Below, piece after piece: positions 21,001-30,937 of a DNA stretch of 64,000 nucleotides (positions are counted from its first letter, which is position 1; each line of letters starts with the position of its first letter). The stretch spans positions 192,001 to 256,000 of the forward strand of contig JBHLMN010000002.1 in assembly GCA_048938105.1 (NCBI GenBank). Reading direction: 5' to 3'. The notes under the pieces were generated by a model that had not been told where the DNA came from, searched no databases, and saw nothing but the letters and a program-made list of their open reading frames with translations. Both the position numbers and the translations under genes were made by a program. Origin of the DNA: Promethearchaeota archaeon (GTDB taxonomy: Archaea; Asgardarchaeota; Heimdallarchaeia; Hodarchaeales; Hodarchaeaceae).

Positions 21001-22987
21001 GCATATTATTTTGATCAGCAATAAAAGCAAAATCACCATCTATTGCTATTTCAAATGCATACCCAGGAGTATCATAAGCCTCCACAAGGGTTGGACTATA
21101 AGGATTGGTAATATTTATAATAAACATACCACTATCGTAATTTCCAATGTAGGCATAATCACCATCAACTGTGACTTGTTGAGCACCATCTGGGGTGTTA
21201 TATGATCCTATATACACGGGGTCATTAGCTGGATCTTGAACACGAAAGACTTGTAATCCAGTATACCAATCAGCTACATACGCATAATCACCAACCACTC
21301 TAATATCCCGAATCGCGCTAGATGTTAATAACGAGCCAATCAATTCTGGATTAGTTGGATCCGTTATGTTTACCACTCTAATTCCAACAATGTCATCTAC
21401 AACATACGCATAATTCCCTGCAATATCTAAGCTAAATGCATAATCAATATCAGTATAAGAACCCACTAAAACAGGATTGTTAAGATCTGTGATATTTATT
21501 ACTTGCAATCCTCCTTCATAATCCGCTAGATACGCATAATTTCCAGAAACTACAACATCTTGAGCGATGTTTGCCGTTAGACATGAACTCCTTAAAATAG
21601 GATTGGTAGGATCTGAAATGTCGATAATTTGTAACCCTTCTTGCCTGCTTGCGGCAAGTAAGTGGTTTCCATGTTTTGTTAATTTCATGGGGCTACTTGA
21701 CGTATCACAAGATCCAATAACTATAGGATTCACTGGATTTTCAATATTTAACACCTTAATGCTAGTAGAAGAATCACTACAGACATAGGCATAATCACCA
21801 TCTACTACAATTGATTTAAAGAGTCCTGATGTACCCCCATCAGTTCCAATAAAAGAGGGTGGAACAGGATCACTAATTTTTACAATTTGTAATCCAAGAT
21901 CTGTATCAGTAATGTAAGCGCAATTACCTTCTATTGCTAAATCAGTTACAGGTGTCCATACATCAGAATACATATCAACTACTATTGGATTTACTGGATC
22001 TGAAATTTCTACAACTGACATTCCAGATGACGCTATAGTAGTATATGCATAATTACCTTTAATTTCTACAGCCCAAGCAGTTCCTATATCACAAGATCCA
22101 ACCAGTATTGGATTGGAAGGGTTAGAGATATCCGCCACTTGTAATTTATCATCATCTGCTATAAAAGCATAATCACCAGCTACTGCGACATCTCTAGCTG
22201 AAGAAGTACTACATGTACCAGCTAATATTGGATTTCTAGGATTGGCAATATTTATTATTTGTAAACCAACGTTGAGTTTAACTAGATAAGCATAATCACC
22301 AGCAACTTCAATCCCTCCAGAATTTCCAGCGGTGTTATATGCACTAATCAAAGACGGATTTGCAGCATCAGTAATATTTATTATCTGGATTCCACCTCCA
22401 TCATAACCTGTAACAAATACTATATTTCCATCAACGAAGACATCATAAGCAGTACCAGGGGTGTCATAAGTGCTGATAATTGTTGGAGAAGCAACAATAT
22501 CAACAATTTGTAGCCCCTGATCTCCATCTGCAATGAATGCATGGTGACCAGATACTGCTACATTTTGAGCAAATCCAGATGTATTGCATGTCCAAGTTAG
22601 AACTGGAGTTGACGGATCTGTAATATTAAGAATTTGAAGTCCCTGATTTCCATCAGCGATATAGGCATAATTTCCATCTATAGCCACACCATTCGTATCT
22701 CCAGGAAGGTTATATTGAGCTATTAATTCAGGATGCCTTGGAGGAAGCTTTATCACACCTGATGGAGACCCCCATCCTACTGTACTGGTGTTTGCTGAAT
22801 CTTCATATATAGTTGTAGTGAAATTCTCTGTAAACGTACCTGAATACCCTTTTACGGGTTTTATTCTTAATGGGGATGTAAATGGTATTAAAACTAATGT
22901 CATAAATAATATACCAAGTAAAACTCTACCCCTCAAATATACTTTCATTTTCTTATCAGAATTTAAGTCCTTATTCAAATTTCTCAA
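18065..22987 (-). CDS. Giant cell-surface protein with LVIVD beta-propeller repeats, Ig-like repeats and a PGF-like C-terminal sorting signal
   Basis: About 14 repeats of V.GDYAYVAD...GLQIIDISDP.NP, about 8 Ig-like repeats, and SSPGF-TM-KARRR at the C-terminus. Confidence 0.88.
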   Translation of the reverse strand: MRNLNKDLNSDKKMKVYLRGRVLLGILFMTLVLIPFTSPLRIKPVKGYSGTFTENFTTTIYEDSANTSTVGWGSPSGVIKLPPRHPELIAQYNLPGDTNGVAIDGNYAYIADGNQGLQILNITDPSTPVLTWTCNTSGFAQNVAVSGHHAFIADGDQGLQIVDIVASPTIISTYDTPGTAYDVFVDGNIVFVTGYDGGGIQIINITDAANPSLISAYNTAGNSGGIEVAGDYAYLVKLNVGLQIINIANPRNPILAGTCSTSSARDVAVAGDYAFIADDDKLQVADISNPSNPILVGSCDIGTAWAVEIKGNYAYTTIASSGMSVVEISDPVNPIVVDMYSDVWTPVTDLAIEGNCAYITDTDLGLQIVKISDPVPPSFIGTDGGTSGLFKSIVVDGDYAYVCSDSSTSIKVLNIENPVNPIVIGSCDTSSSPMKLTKHGNHLLAASRQEGLQIIDISDPTNPILRSSCLTANIAQDVVVSGNYAYLADYEGGLQVINITDLNNPVLVGSYTDIDYAFSLDIAGNYAYVVDDIVGIRVVNITDPTNPELIGSLLTSSAIRDIRVVGDYAYVADWYTGLQVFRVQDPANDPVYIGSYNTPDGAQQVTVDGDYAYIGNYDSGMFIINITNPYSPTLVEAYDTPGYAFEIAIDGDFAFIADQNNMQIIEVKKNKHRQYLPTGTCQSTTIYSPDNATFVECTIEPMGDEAIIPIGTSISFFLSADAGTHWEEVTVGIPHTFLYLGSKLRWRAIFTTSDPFKGPTMSLISFSYKFVFNPPISLSPVDETTINYNLPFFEWESYADATDYIFQLDSDSSFLPPVLINETTSVPSYMPSISLSDGIWYWRIAAIDSTGDLGLFTSPNSLLIDTSPPNIDHPNDISYEQGSTANNITWSPSDITPTYYNITRNGELVVGDTWDGAEIFIDINGLARGSYTYVCNVYDYFYTHSSDTVIVTVNDTTSPIIDNPNDVDYEESSTGNTIIWIASDYNPNYFNVTLGNEFYVGGGWDGNPIEINVDGLKWGTYTFNCFVYDLDWNEDNDSVKVSVLDVIPPVINPPSNQSIFYGDTGESLLWTGSDAYPSSYTVYRNGTIYKEGEWTNTVFIWLDWLDPGLHNFTCVVTDGSGLTASSEVWVTVYPPTPDVDPPTISHPEDLILEKGSIGYSIMWSGSDNRSPWWAIVTQNETIIYDQAWFGNEIIISLDGLPVGITEYKCTLFDETGNSIFDIVNITVYPRVPDSEPPFIVTPELLEYEEGTEGHYLTWICHDDHPYAYKILFNDKEVVYAPWHGGNITVCVDGLTIGLWYINLTVWDLKGNNNSTIVLLTVIPPLPDEKSPIVNQPAKQNIGEGARGIIIWEVSDEHPGYYLILKNGTVIFQSSYWESGLIRYSFDSLSVGIWLFNLTLWDLSGNSASSIAIVMVVPMSELDMTAPEISQPPDQEFNLGSTGNSLQFHLYDEHPSYYKILLNNHQILKTQWKKPNQQVNISLDELSVGLYTVNLTAWDLYANTASKTVTVTVIGDITPPTIDNPPDVSISEGEDIEIIWEASDPNPSHFVIILIINGEEIANEIWDGQSITFIFSNLTVGSYDFRCIVYDTFGNLAFDDITITITESRSSPGFDIFSVVILLLVYFSVIRTAKARRRFIK

Positions 22988-23674
22988 CCAATAATCTCAT
23001 TTTAAGAAAAATCCGATTTTTCCTCTTTATTCAATTACAACACTCAAAAATTTTTCTCATATTTATGATTTTGCATTGTAAAACGCATCTACTGTGTAAA
23101 AAAACGGTTTTTTTCAAAATCATTCAAACAAAAATAATATTACAGGCGTTAATTCTTGTTTATTGATTCTAAAGATTAAAACTTCCAATTATACGAGATA
23201 ACCAAACTTTAAATGGCAGGAATTCATCTATTTTCTGAGATCTGTTAAGAACTTAGAGAAATGATCAATCAAAAGCATGACTTTAGAGAAAGTAGAAAGT
23301 TAAGTAAATTCACTATTGTCTATGAAAATATATAAGGGAGAATGGCTTCTAAAAAAAGAGGAAATCTTCCAAAAAAGAAAGAAACTTGGTACAAACCAAG
23401 ACTTCAGGGAAGTTTTTTCTCCATTTATTCATCCATATCTCTGACTTCTATGGGGATTGAGGGATCGACAATCCCTAAGAAGAATATTATTAAAATACCA
23501 GCACTACAACTCGCCTCAATGTTTTCTGGATCAACCTCATAAGGTGAATTCCTGAATCTTGCTTTTTTATCATAGAAAATTGTAGAAATCACTCCTAATT
23601 GTTTAAGTATCAAAAATTCCTTATCTGTTATCAAGTGGTACTCATTTGAAATTGAAAGAAATGGAGAAAAGAAC

Positions 23675-24469
23675 TTGTCTCACATGCCTCTGTTTGCTGG
23701 AATAGATGTTGGTTCATCATTCACAAAAGTGGTGGTAATCGATCAATCAAAAAATATTTATGGAACAGATATTCGTTTTTCTGGAACAAATTTGCGTAAT
23801 ACTGCTGAACAAAGTCTGTATACAGCTCTACAAAATAACAATCTAGAATCTAGGATCAAGGGAATAGTAGCGACTGGATACGGAAGAAGAAATGTTCAAA
23901 TTGATGAACAAACTATTTCTACAATCACTGAGATCAGTTGTAATGCCAAGGCTGCCCAGTTTTATTATCCAAATAAAGAATTATCAATTATTGATATTGG
24001 TGGACAAGATACAAAGATCATCAAAACAAAAGATGGAAAGCGAACAAATTTTAAAATGAACCGAAAATGTGCTGCTGGTACTGGGATGTTCTTAGAAGAA
24101 CTCGCGCTGAAATTGAGGATTCAACCAAACGATCTTAATATTTTAGCAAGTGAATCTTCAAATCCAACATCAATCAGCAGTTACTGTACAGTGTTTGCAG
24201 CGACTGAGATTCTCAGTCGAATCAGAGAAGGCGAGACTATGGAAGATTTGGTTCGAGGCGCTTTTCATTCTGTTGTCAAACGTGTCATGGAAATTGATGT
24301 CCTTGAAAATGAGGTTGTTTTAACTGGAGGGGTGATAGCTCACAATTCTATCATTGTTGATATTTTTGAAGAAGAGCTAGGTAGATCTGTATCTGTACCC
24401 CCTTCCCCTCAGCTATTTGTCGCCGTAGGTGCTGCATTATATGCTTTGGAAGAAGGTACATCTGTTTAG
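23675..24469 (+). CDS. CoA-substrate-specific enzyme activase (HgdC/BcrAD family ASKHA ATPase)
   Basis: GIDVGSS, ATGYGR, TEISC, DIGGQDTK, MNRKCAAGTG, CTVFA, TGGV. Confidence 0.92.
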   Translation: MSHMPLFAGIDVGSSFTKVVVIDQSKNIYGTDIRFSGTNLRNTAEQSLYTALQNNNLESRIKGIVATGYGRRNVQIDEQTISTITEISCNAKAAQFYYPNKELSIIDIGGQDTKIIKTKDGKRTNFKMNRKCAAGTGMFLEELALKLRIQPNDLNILASESSNPTSISSYCTVFAATEILSRIREGETMEDLVRGAFHSVVKRVMEIDVLENEVVLTGGVIAHNSIIVDIFEEELGRSVSVPPSPQLFVAVGAALYALEEGTSV

Positions 24470-24474
24470 AGGTT

Positions 24475-24656
24475 GGATTATTGTTAACTACAGTTATCGA
24501 TGAACAAAAAAGATCTCTGAAGAGCTTGATATGTACAAAGATCAGATTAAAAGTAATACTCCAATCCAAGAAAGACTTCAAGCATTAAAATTAGAAGTAT
24601 ATTTAAAGGAAGCAAAAAAAATAGTTGATATATCCAGGGAAGGAAAATTCACTTAA
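24475..24656 (+). pseudogene. Frameshifted 3' gene remnant resembling the C-terminal tail of Asgard TPR proteins
   Basis: GLLLTTVIDEQKR, then a frameshift, then EELDMYKDQIKSNTPIQERLQALKLEVYLKEAKKIVDISREGKFT*. Resemblance is from memory and was not searched. Confidence 0.4.
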
Positions 24657-24797
24657 TTGCCTAGATAATAATTGAGGATTTCGGAACTTAATTCTGAAGT
24701 CTTAAATATTCCGTAAAGGGTAGACATATAAAAATATTAATTCATTTTTCTCTCTGCATACATTTTTCATATATTAGAAGTAAGGTGAAAGAAAAAT

Positions 24798-25169
24798 ATG
24801 GCCTATAAAATGGATAGAGAACGAATTGATCCGACTCACGTAATGGTATCAACCACTGATGGAGTTCCAGGCTTTGAAATTGTCCAATATCTTGGAATCG
24901 CATTTGGAATCACAGTTAGAGCAAGAGGCCTTGGTGGTCGATGTATTGGAGGATGTGAAGCTTGTTTCGGTGGAGAAGTCACAGCGTATACACAAAGTGC
25001 TGTAGAAGCTCGGAATGACGCTATATTTCGATTATGTACAGATGTAGCGGAGCGGGGGGGGAATGGCGTTATTGGAGTGAAGTTTGATTCATCAAGATCA
25101 GGGCAAGATGCCTCAATGACAGACATAGTTGCTTATGGCACTGCAGTTCGTGTACGGCCAAAAGGATAA
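24798..25169 (+). CDS. YbjQ/UPF0145 family protein
   Basis: STTDGVPGFEIVQYLGIAFGITVRAR...GGEVTAY...GGNGVIGVKFD...AYGTAV. Confidence 0.9.
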   Translation: MAYKMDRERIDPTHVMVSTTDGVPGFEIVQYLGIAFGITVRARGLGGRCIGGCEACFGGEVTAYTQSAVEARNDAIFRLCTDVAERGGNGVIGVKFDSSRSGQDASMTDIVAYGTAVRVRPKG

Positions 25170-25180
25170 GGATCTGTAGG

Positions 25181-25876
25181 TTGATACTATCAAATAACGC
25201 GTTTATAAAGATGTTACCAAAGAATAATCGTTTCTATCTCTATAAACGTTATCTGCAGATTTTACTCCCTTTTCATTTTGCACATCATCCTTTATGCTCT
25301 GATTATCGTCAAGAAGTATTTCATATCGGTAGTTGGTTCATCTGTAGAGGATGTATATGGACATATAGTTCAGCGTTGATTACACTATTAGTGACTTCAC
25401 TGATAGATCCATTTAGTAACTTTTCGTTATTTGAAGTCTTCTTGATTGTTTTAGGAGTTATTAGTCCCGCTTGGATTGGATTAGTTCATTCCTTTCATAG
25501 TCGTATGATCAAAGATGTTATTAGAATCTCTCTGGGTGTTGGGTGGGGAATAGCATTGGCTGAACTTTGGTTAGTCAAGCTTTGGATTGATAAGATCATA
25601 ATATTTCTGTTTATAATTATGTTTTTAGTAGTTTTTCAAAGAATGAAGCGTTTACAATCAAGTAAAAACGAGATGAAGCTGTGTAAAGATTGTTCAGAAT
25701 TGACTGAAAATGCTTGTTTAGATTTCAAAAAACAGTTTGAGGCAGAACGTCTCTACAGTCGTGAAATTAGCGATTTGTTGCAACAGAAATTAAACTGGGA
25801 TGACATCAAGAATGCATTACCACAACCCACAAGTCCTCAGAGTGAAAGTAAAAATTCCTATCTGGATATAGAATGA
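25181..25876 (+). CDS. Membrane protein, DUF2085-like, with Cys/His motifs
   Basis: HHPLC...FHIG..ICRGC, four TM helices, C-terminal CKDC...C. Confidence 0.6.
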   Translation: MILSNNAFIKMLPKNNRFYLYKRYLQILLPFHFAHHPLCSDYRQEVFHIGSWFICRGCIWTYSSALITLLVTSLIDPFSNFSLFEVFLIVLGVISPAWIGLVHSFHSRMIKDVIRISLGVGWGIALAELWLVKLWIDKIIIFLFIIMFLVVFQRMKRLQSSKNEMKLCKDCSELTENACLDFKKQFEAERLYSREISDLLQQKLNWDDIKNALPQPTSPQSESKNSYLDIE

Positions 25877-26057
25877 AACAATCACAATTACGTAAGCCTT
25901 GGGGGAATATATCTCTTTTTTGATTATAATTAGAGTTAGTGTCAAAAACTTATTATTAATAAATAGAAAATAATCCTCTGTTCTTGTTAAATGAATTTTC
26001 ATTCCACAACGTTAAAATGATTCTTATATAACGGATGAAAAGCTTGAGGGTTACATT

Positions 26058-26999
26058 TTGACAGATAAAGATTATAAAGTTGCTATAATAGGAGCAGGTC
26101 CATCAGGTGGTATTCTTGGTTCTTTTCTCGCGAAAAAGGGCATTGATGTGACATTAGTAGACATTTGGAAGGCGCACGTGGAAGCAATCAGAGATTATGG
26201 GCTCCAAATTATTGGGGCTGCTACAATCACTGCTCAATTTGATTCTGATCACTTAAAACTATCTGTTTCTGAATTAAAAGATACTGATGTGAATCTTGTT
26301 ATTATCTCAGTAAAAACCCCCTATTTAGAACGAGTAGTTCAAGATCTTAAGCTGGTTATTTCTGATGATACCGATGTGGTTAGTCACCAAAATGGATTTG
26401 GAACAGAAAAGGTACTCGCGGACGCATTTGGTGAAGAACGAGCGTTTCGGGATGTGATTAATTATGCTGGGAATGTGTTAAGACCTGGTATTATTGATAT
26501 GACTTTTTTTAATCCTCCAAACTATGTTGGAGCATTTTCACCTAGAAACCAGGACAAAGCTCGTGTAATAGCAGAATTAATATCCTCACCTGACTTTGCA
26601 ACAGAAGCTGTAGAGGATATTCAGCCTGAAGTGTGGAAGAAGGTTATCTTAAATGCAGCTCTTGCACCAGTGTGCGCAATCACTGGTCAAACAATGAGAG
26701 AGGCAATGGAATTCGAAGACACGAATAATGTGGCCAGCCAAATTATCAAAGAGGGAATTGCTGTAACTGAAGCTCTGGGAATTTCTTTTGGAGCCAATTT
26801 CCATGATATTTGCATGGGTTATCTCTCTAAAGGCGGCCATCATAAGCCAAGTATGTTGATAGACATTGAGAATCGAAGCCCAACTGAAATAGCATTCATA
26901 AATGGTAAAATTGTTGAGCTTGGAAAACAATACAATATTCCTGTCCCCTATAATGAAGCTACTGTAACTTATATACGTGCTTTGGAGTCGAAATATTAA
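26058..26999 (+). CDS. panE: 2-dehydropantoate 2-reductase (ApbA/PanE)
   Basis: IIGAGPSGG, SHQNG, VWKKVILNA, HKPSMLID, TEIAFINGKIV. Confidence 0.85.
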   Translation: MTDKDYKVAIIGAGPSGGILGSFLAKKGIDVTLVDIWKAHVEAIRDYGLQIIGAATITAQFDSDHLKLSVSELKDTDVNLVIISVKTPYLERVVQDLKLVISDDTDVVSHQNGFGTEKVLADAFGEERAFRDVINYAGNVLRPGIIDMTFFNPPNYVGAFSPRNQDKARVIAELISSPDFATEAVEDIQPEVWKKVILNAALAPVCAITGQTMREAMEFEDTNNVASQIIKEGIAVTEALGISFGANFHDICMGYLSKGGHHKPSMLIDIENRSPTEIAFINGKIVELGKQYNIPVPYNEATVTYIRALESKY

Positions 27000-27181
27000 T
27001 TTCTTACGACCATTCTCCTCTATTTAGTGTTTACTTAACTTTTGAAAGTTAGAGTTGTAGATTGTCAACTTTGTCCTATTGATATTATTGTTTACAATTA
27101 ATACTTTCTATGATCTCCTATATGTTTATAGTTTAAAGATAACGAATAAAAGTAAGAAACAGATTATCAGAGGTAAGATGA

Positions 27182-27850
27182 ATGAAGCTTGGTGAATTCA
27201 CAGAAGAACAGATTATTGCACTAGCTCGAAAGGCATACGAGGAAGGAGATGCAGGTTTTGAAATAGTGGAAGAGAAATGTGCCCTTCTTGTAATTGATAT
27301 GGAAGATGAGTTTGTTAAACCTCATTGGACACCTTTTTGGGTTCCAGAAGCCACCCTCCAGGTGGAGAAAATAAAAACATTAATAACACATTGTAGGGAT
27401 AAAAATATTCCAGTTATTTTTACTGCTTCTGCATATACCCATTTTCGACTTGATCGTCCAGCTACTGGAGATTTGATGCCTAATAGGTATCCAGAATTGG
27501 GGGTAGAGGATCCTTCTATATTCAGAGATGGACGTATTGTACAAGAGTTGGCACCTCTAGCAGAGGAGATAGTAATTTACAAACCCTCCTATGGAGCTTT
27601 TTATGAAACTCCATTAGAAACAATTCTTCGAAACTTGAAGAAAGATACCATCATTATTTGTGGAACTCTTACAAATTATTGCTGTGGCATGACTGCACGA
27701 CAGGGGTACGAAAGGGGTTTTAAAGTCGTTGTAGGAAGTGATGTAACTTCAACTAATGATAAAACATTACACGAAGCAGAACTAAAAGTACTCAGAGCAG
27801 GATTTGCTCGAGTTCTCACTTCGGATGATATTATCAAAGTATTGAGTTAA
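27182..27850 (+). CDS. Isochorismatase-family cysteine hydrolase
   Basis: ALLVIDM, KPSYGAFYETPL, GTLTNYCC (Asp-Lys-Cys triad). Confidence 0.9.
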   Translation: MKLGEFTEEQIIALARKAYEEGDAGFEIVEEKCALLVIDMEDEFVKPHWTPFWVPEATLQVEKIKTLITHCRDKNIPVIFTASAYTHFRLDRPATGDLMPNRYPELGVEDPSIFRDGRIVQELAPLAEEIVIYKPSYGAFYETPLETILRNLKKDTIIICGTLTNYCCGMTARQGYERGFKVVVGSDVTSTNDKTLHEAELKVLRAGFARVLTSDDIIKVLS

Positions 27851-27930
27851 ATCAAGCCTTTCTTTTATATCTTAGAATAATACTTATATTTTCTAGTTGC
27901 ATTAAAAATACCTAGTGAGAGATAGTACGA

Positions 27931-28746
27931 ATGAAAGTCAGTTTTCGAGAAACCAAGAGTATTATCACAAAAAGTAATATCCCCTCGATTGATTATGTTA
28001 TTAATCCTTACATTGGATGTCAGCATGGGTGTGTTTATTGCTATGCTGAATTTATGATTAGATTTACTGGTCATAAAGGTGATAGATGGGGAGAATTTTT
28101 AGATGTAAAGGAGTTTAATATTGATAAGATAAAGCCTGAGAAATATCAAGGAAAGAGGATTTTACTCAGTTCTGTAACTGATCCTTATATACCTTTAGAG
28201 AAGAAGTATCAAAATACTCGCCAAATTCTAGAAAGACTTGTTGGGACTGATGCAGTAATCTCTATTCTTACAAAATCAAAATTGGTTGTTAGAGATATTG
28301 ATTTATTTAAAAAATTTAAAAATATTCAAGTTGGAATCTCAATAAGCACATTAGATGCAACTTTTGCGAGAAAAATTGAGCGGGGAGCATCGAAACCTTT
28401 GGATCGTTTAGAAGCCATCAGAACCGTCTCTGAAGCAGGGATAAGAACGTATACTTTCATTTCTCCATTTTTCCCAGAGATTACTGATTATAAATCGATA
28501 ATTGAAGAATCTGTAAAATATACTCATAATTATATGTTTGAGAATCTGAACTTCAGACCCCATAATGTCCCGCGGATTATGAATGTTATCAAAGATAATT
28601 ATCCCAAATTAATCCCTAAATACCAAGAAATTCGTAAAGATAGAACCTACTGGGATATTATAGAAACAGAGATCAGGGAATATTGTGAAAAAAGGGGTCT
28701 CGATTATTCAATTGAATTTCATCATGGGGGATTCTCCAAAAGTTAA
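27931..28746 (+). CDS. Radical SAM protein, SplB/Rv2578c-like
   Basis: INPYIGCQHGCVYCYA, SSVTDPY, ILTKS. Confidence 0.9.
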   Translation: MKVSFRETKSIITKSNIPSIDYVINPYIGCQHGCVYCYAEFMIRFTGHKGDRWGEFLDVKEFNIDKIKPEKYQGKRILLSSVTDPYIPLEKKYQNTRQILERLVGTDAVISILTKSKLVVRDIDLFKKFKNIQVGISISTLDATFARKIERGASKPLDRLEAIRTVSEAGIRTYTFISPFFPEITDYKSIIEESVKYTHNYMFENLNFRPHNVPRIMNVIKDNYPKLIPKYQEIRKDRTYWDIIETEIREYCEKRGLDYSIEFHHGGFSKS

Positions 28747-28764
28747 GCCTCGCCATCTAACAAT

Positions 28765-29394
28765 TCATAATTTCACTAGAAAGACTAAAAATCCAGATAA
28801 AATACAAGTGATTGCTAATAAGGTAGTTATATTATCAGGAAAGACTATACCAATTCCAAGCGATACAATAACAATCAATAAGACTAGAAATAGTGCACGA
28901 TTACGACCAGTTTGACGAAAAAGAAAGAAAACTAGTGGCAAACCAACCAGCGTTATCCCAATTGGAAGAATGAGATCGATATATTCAGGAACGAGCAATG
29001 CAGTTCCAAAAGTGAGAATAACGAGCGCTAGTGAAATGAAAAGGGAATAATCTTGTTCTGAAGCTCTGGAAATTAGATATACAATCAATAAACCAAGGAT
29101 CATGATCACGACTGGTAATATAATAGATGCTTCCTCAGGGGAAATCAAATCAGGGATTATTGCACTCACTCCTAAAAGAATGTAAAAGATACTAAAGACA
29201 ATAGGCAGGAGACGAATCAATCTAGATAATTTAGAACGCTTCACCTTGAAAGAGAAAACTTCATGATCTAGATCTTCCTTTGTCATATCATTTTTAGGTT
29301 GAATCCTTGATTTCACAGCGAAACTTTGAGTACAAGCTACACAAAAAACAGCCCCGTCTTCAATTTGTTTCCCACATTTCTCACAATTACCCAT
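28765..29394 (-). CDS. Membrane protein with an N-terminal zinc ribbon
   Basis: CEKCG...AVFCVAC followed by about 6 TM helices. Confidence 0.75.
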   Translation of the reverse strand: MGNCEKCGKQIEDGAVFCVACTQSFAVKSRIQPKNDMTKEDLDHEVFSFKVKRSKLSRLIRLLPIVFSIFYILLGVSAIIPDLISPEEASIILPVVIMILGLLIVYLISRASEQDYSLFISLALVILTFGTALLVPEYIDLILPIGITLVGLPLVFFLFRQTGRNRALFLVLLIVIVSLGIGIVFPDNITTLLAITCILSGFLVFLVKL

Positions 29395-29572
29395 TTGTTA
29401 GTCACCCTTTAACAAGGAAACGTATAAAAAGAATCAAATCCTTTAACCTTTATTCTCTTTCGGAAATAAGTAAATATATGAATAAATACCAGGATGGATA
29501 GCACAGACTGTAAGGAATAGAATTTGTTGTTGTCAATCGCAGCAAATCTCCTTCTAAAGGTGTGAAATTTCA

Positions 29573-30937
29573 ATGATAAATAAAAAATTAATGATTTTTC
29601 TCGTTAATGTCTCTCTAATTACATTAACTATCAATTTTATGCCATTTGATATTACTGAGTCGTCCGAGGCAGCTAATTCGGGAGAGAATTTAACGTATAG
29701 GCAAGAAGTACTGTGGAATAAGACCTATGGAGAAAAAAATAATGAAGAAGCATCTGCCGTCCTTCAAACAACTGACGGAGGTTATATCCTTGTAGGTAGA
29801 ACTGATGGTCTTGGTGTTGATTATCGGGGAATTGTTGTGAAAACTGACATAAATGGCCTAGAACAGTGGACTAAGAATTATCTGGGTTTTATTCGTGCTC
29901 TCATCCAGACCCCAGATGGAGGTTACGCGTTTGTAGGCGAAAAATGGTCTTTTGATTTTTTCTATTTCAGTAAAAATGATATGTGGCTCATCAAAACCGA
30001 TAGTAATGGAGCAGTAGAGTGGAATCAGAGTTATGGAGGGAATTTTAATGAGGCTGCGTATGGACTAATTCAAAGTGCAGATGGTGGGTATATCCTTGCT
30101 GGGTACACTGATTCATATGGCGCAGGAGAAAAAGATATGTGGTTGATCAAAACAGATGCCAATGGAACACTGCAGTGGGATCAAAGTTATGGAGGAAACA
30201 TGAACGAGGAAGCGTTCGGGCTCATCCAAACTGTAGATGGCGGATATGCCCTCGCTGGGTACACTGAGTCATACGGAAATGGGAAAAAAGATGTGTGGTT
30301 GATCAAAACAGATGTCAATGGAACTATACAATGGAATCAGACATATGGAGGAACTGAGAATGAAGAAGTTTACACACTCGTTCAGACTGTTGATGGAGAT
30401 TTTCTCCTTGCTGGTTATACTGAATCATATGGTGTTGGTGAAGAGGACATATGGTTGGTAAAAACGGATCAGAGTGGAGCTAGGCACTGGGATAAAACTT
30501 TTGGGTCCTATTGGAGTGATAAAGCTCAAGCTCTTATCCAAACTACAGATGGCAACTTTGCCCTTGCAGGTAGTATCTATTGGGATCCTAGATGTGAACA
30601 TCCATGTCACTTTAACATGTTTCTAGCAAAGATTGACATAACTGGGAACGAACAGTGGAATCAGAGTTATGGAGGAGTGAATGGTGATAAAGCATATGGA
30701 TTACTACAAACTTCTGATGAGAACTTCCTCCTTGCTGGGTACACTGAATCATATGGCGCGGGAGGATGGGATATGTGGTTAGTAAAGACAATAAAAAGAA
30801 GATATGAGGAAACAACAACTACAACTAGTTGGGATACAGCGGAGATTGGGATTTTTCCCTCATTAATTGCTTCGGTAATTCTAATCAAACTATATAAAAG
30901 GAGAAAACAAACCAAGAGAATCGTTGGTTACCATTGA
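29573..30937 (+). CDS. Membrane-anchored surface beta-propeller repeat protein
   Basis: Signal peptide; about 7 repeats of about 50 aa (W.Q.YGG...E.A..LIQT.DGGY.LAG.T.SYG.G..DMWLIKTD); Thr linker, TM helix and basic tail. Confidence 0.85.
   Translation: MINKKLMIFLVNVSLITLTINFMPFDITESSEAANSGENLTYRQEVLWNKTYGEKNNEEASAVLQTTDGGYILVGRTDGLGVDYRGIVVKTDINGLEQWTKNYLGFIRALIQTPDGGYAFVGEKWSFDFFYFSKNDMWLIKTDSNGAVEWNQSYGGNFNEAAYGLIQSADGGYILAGYTDSYGAGEKDMWLIKTDANGTLQWDQSYGGNMNEEAFGLIQTVDGGYALAGYTESYGNGKKDVWLIKTDVNGTIQWNQTYGGTENEEVYTLVQTVDGDFLLAGYTESYGVGEEDIWLVKTDQSGARHWDKTFGSYWSDKAQALIQTTDGNFALAGSIYWDPRCEHPCHFNMFLAKIDITGNEQWNQSYGGVNGDKAYGLLQTSDENFLLAGYTESYGAGGWDMWLVKTIKRRYEETTTTTSWDTAEIGIFPSLIASVILIKLYKRRKQTKRIVGYH

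Noticed and set aside
23342-23634. Short overlapping ORFs (66 aa on +, 69 aa on -)
   Set aside because: No convincing family; at most a decayed LVIVD-like scrap (GIVDPSIPIEV).
29700-30800. Regular 150-nt repeats as a CRISPR array or non-coding repeat
   Set aside because: They are degenerate in-frame protein repeats of a beta-propeller.
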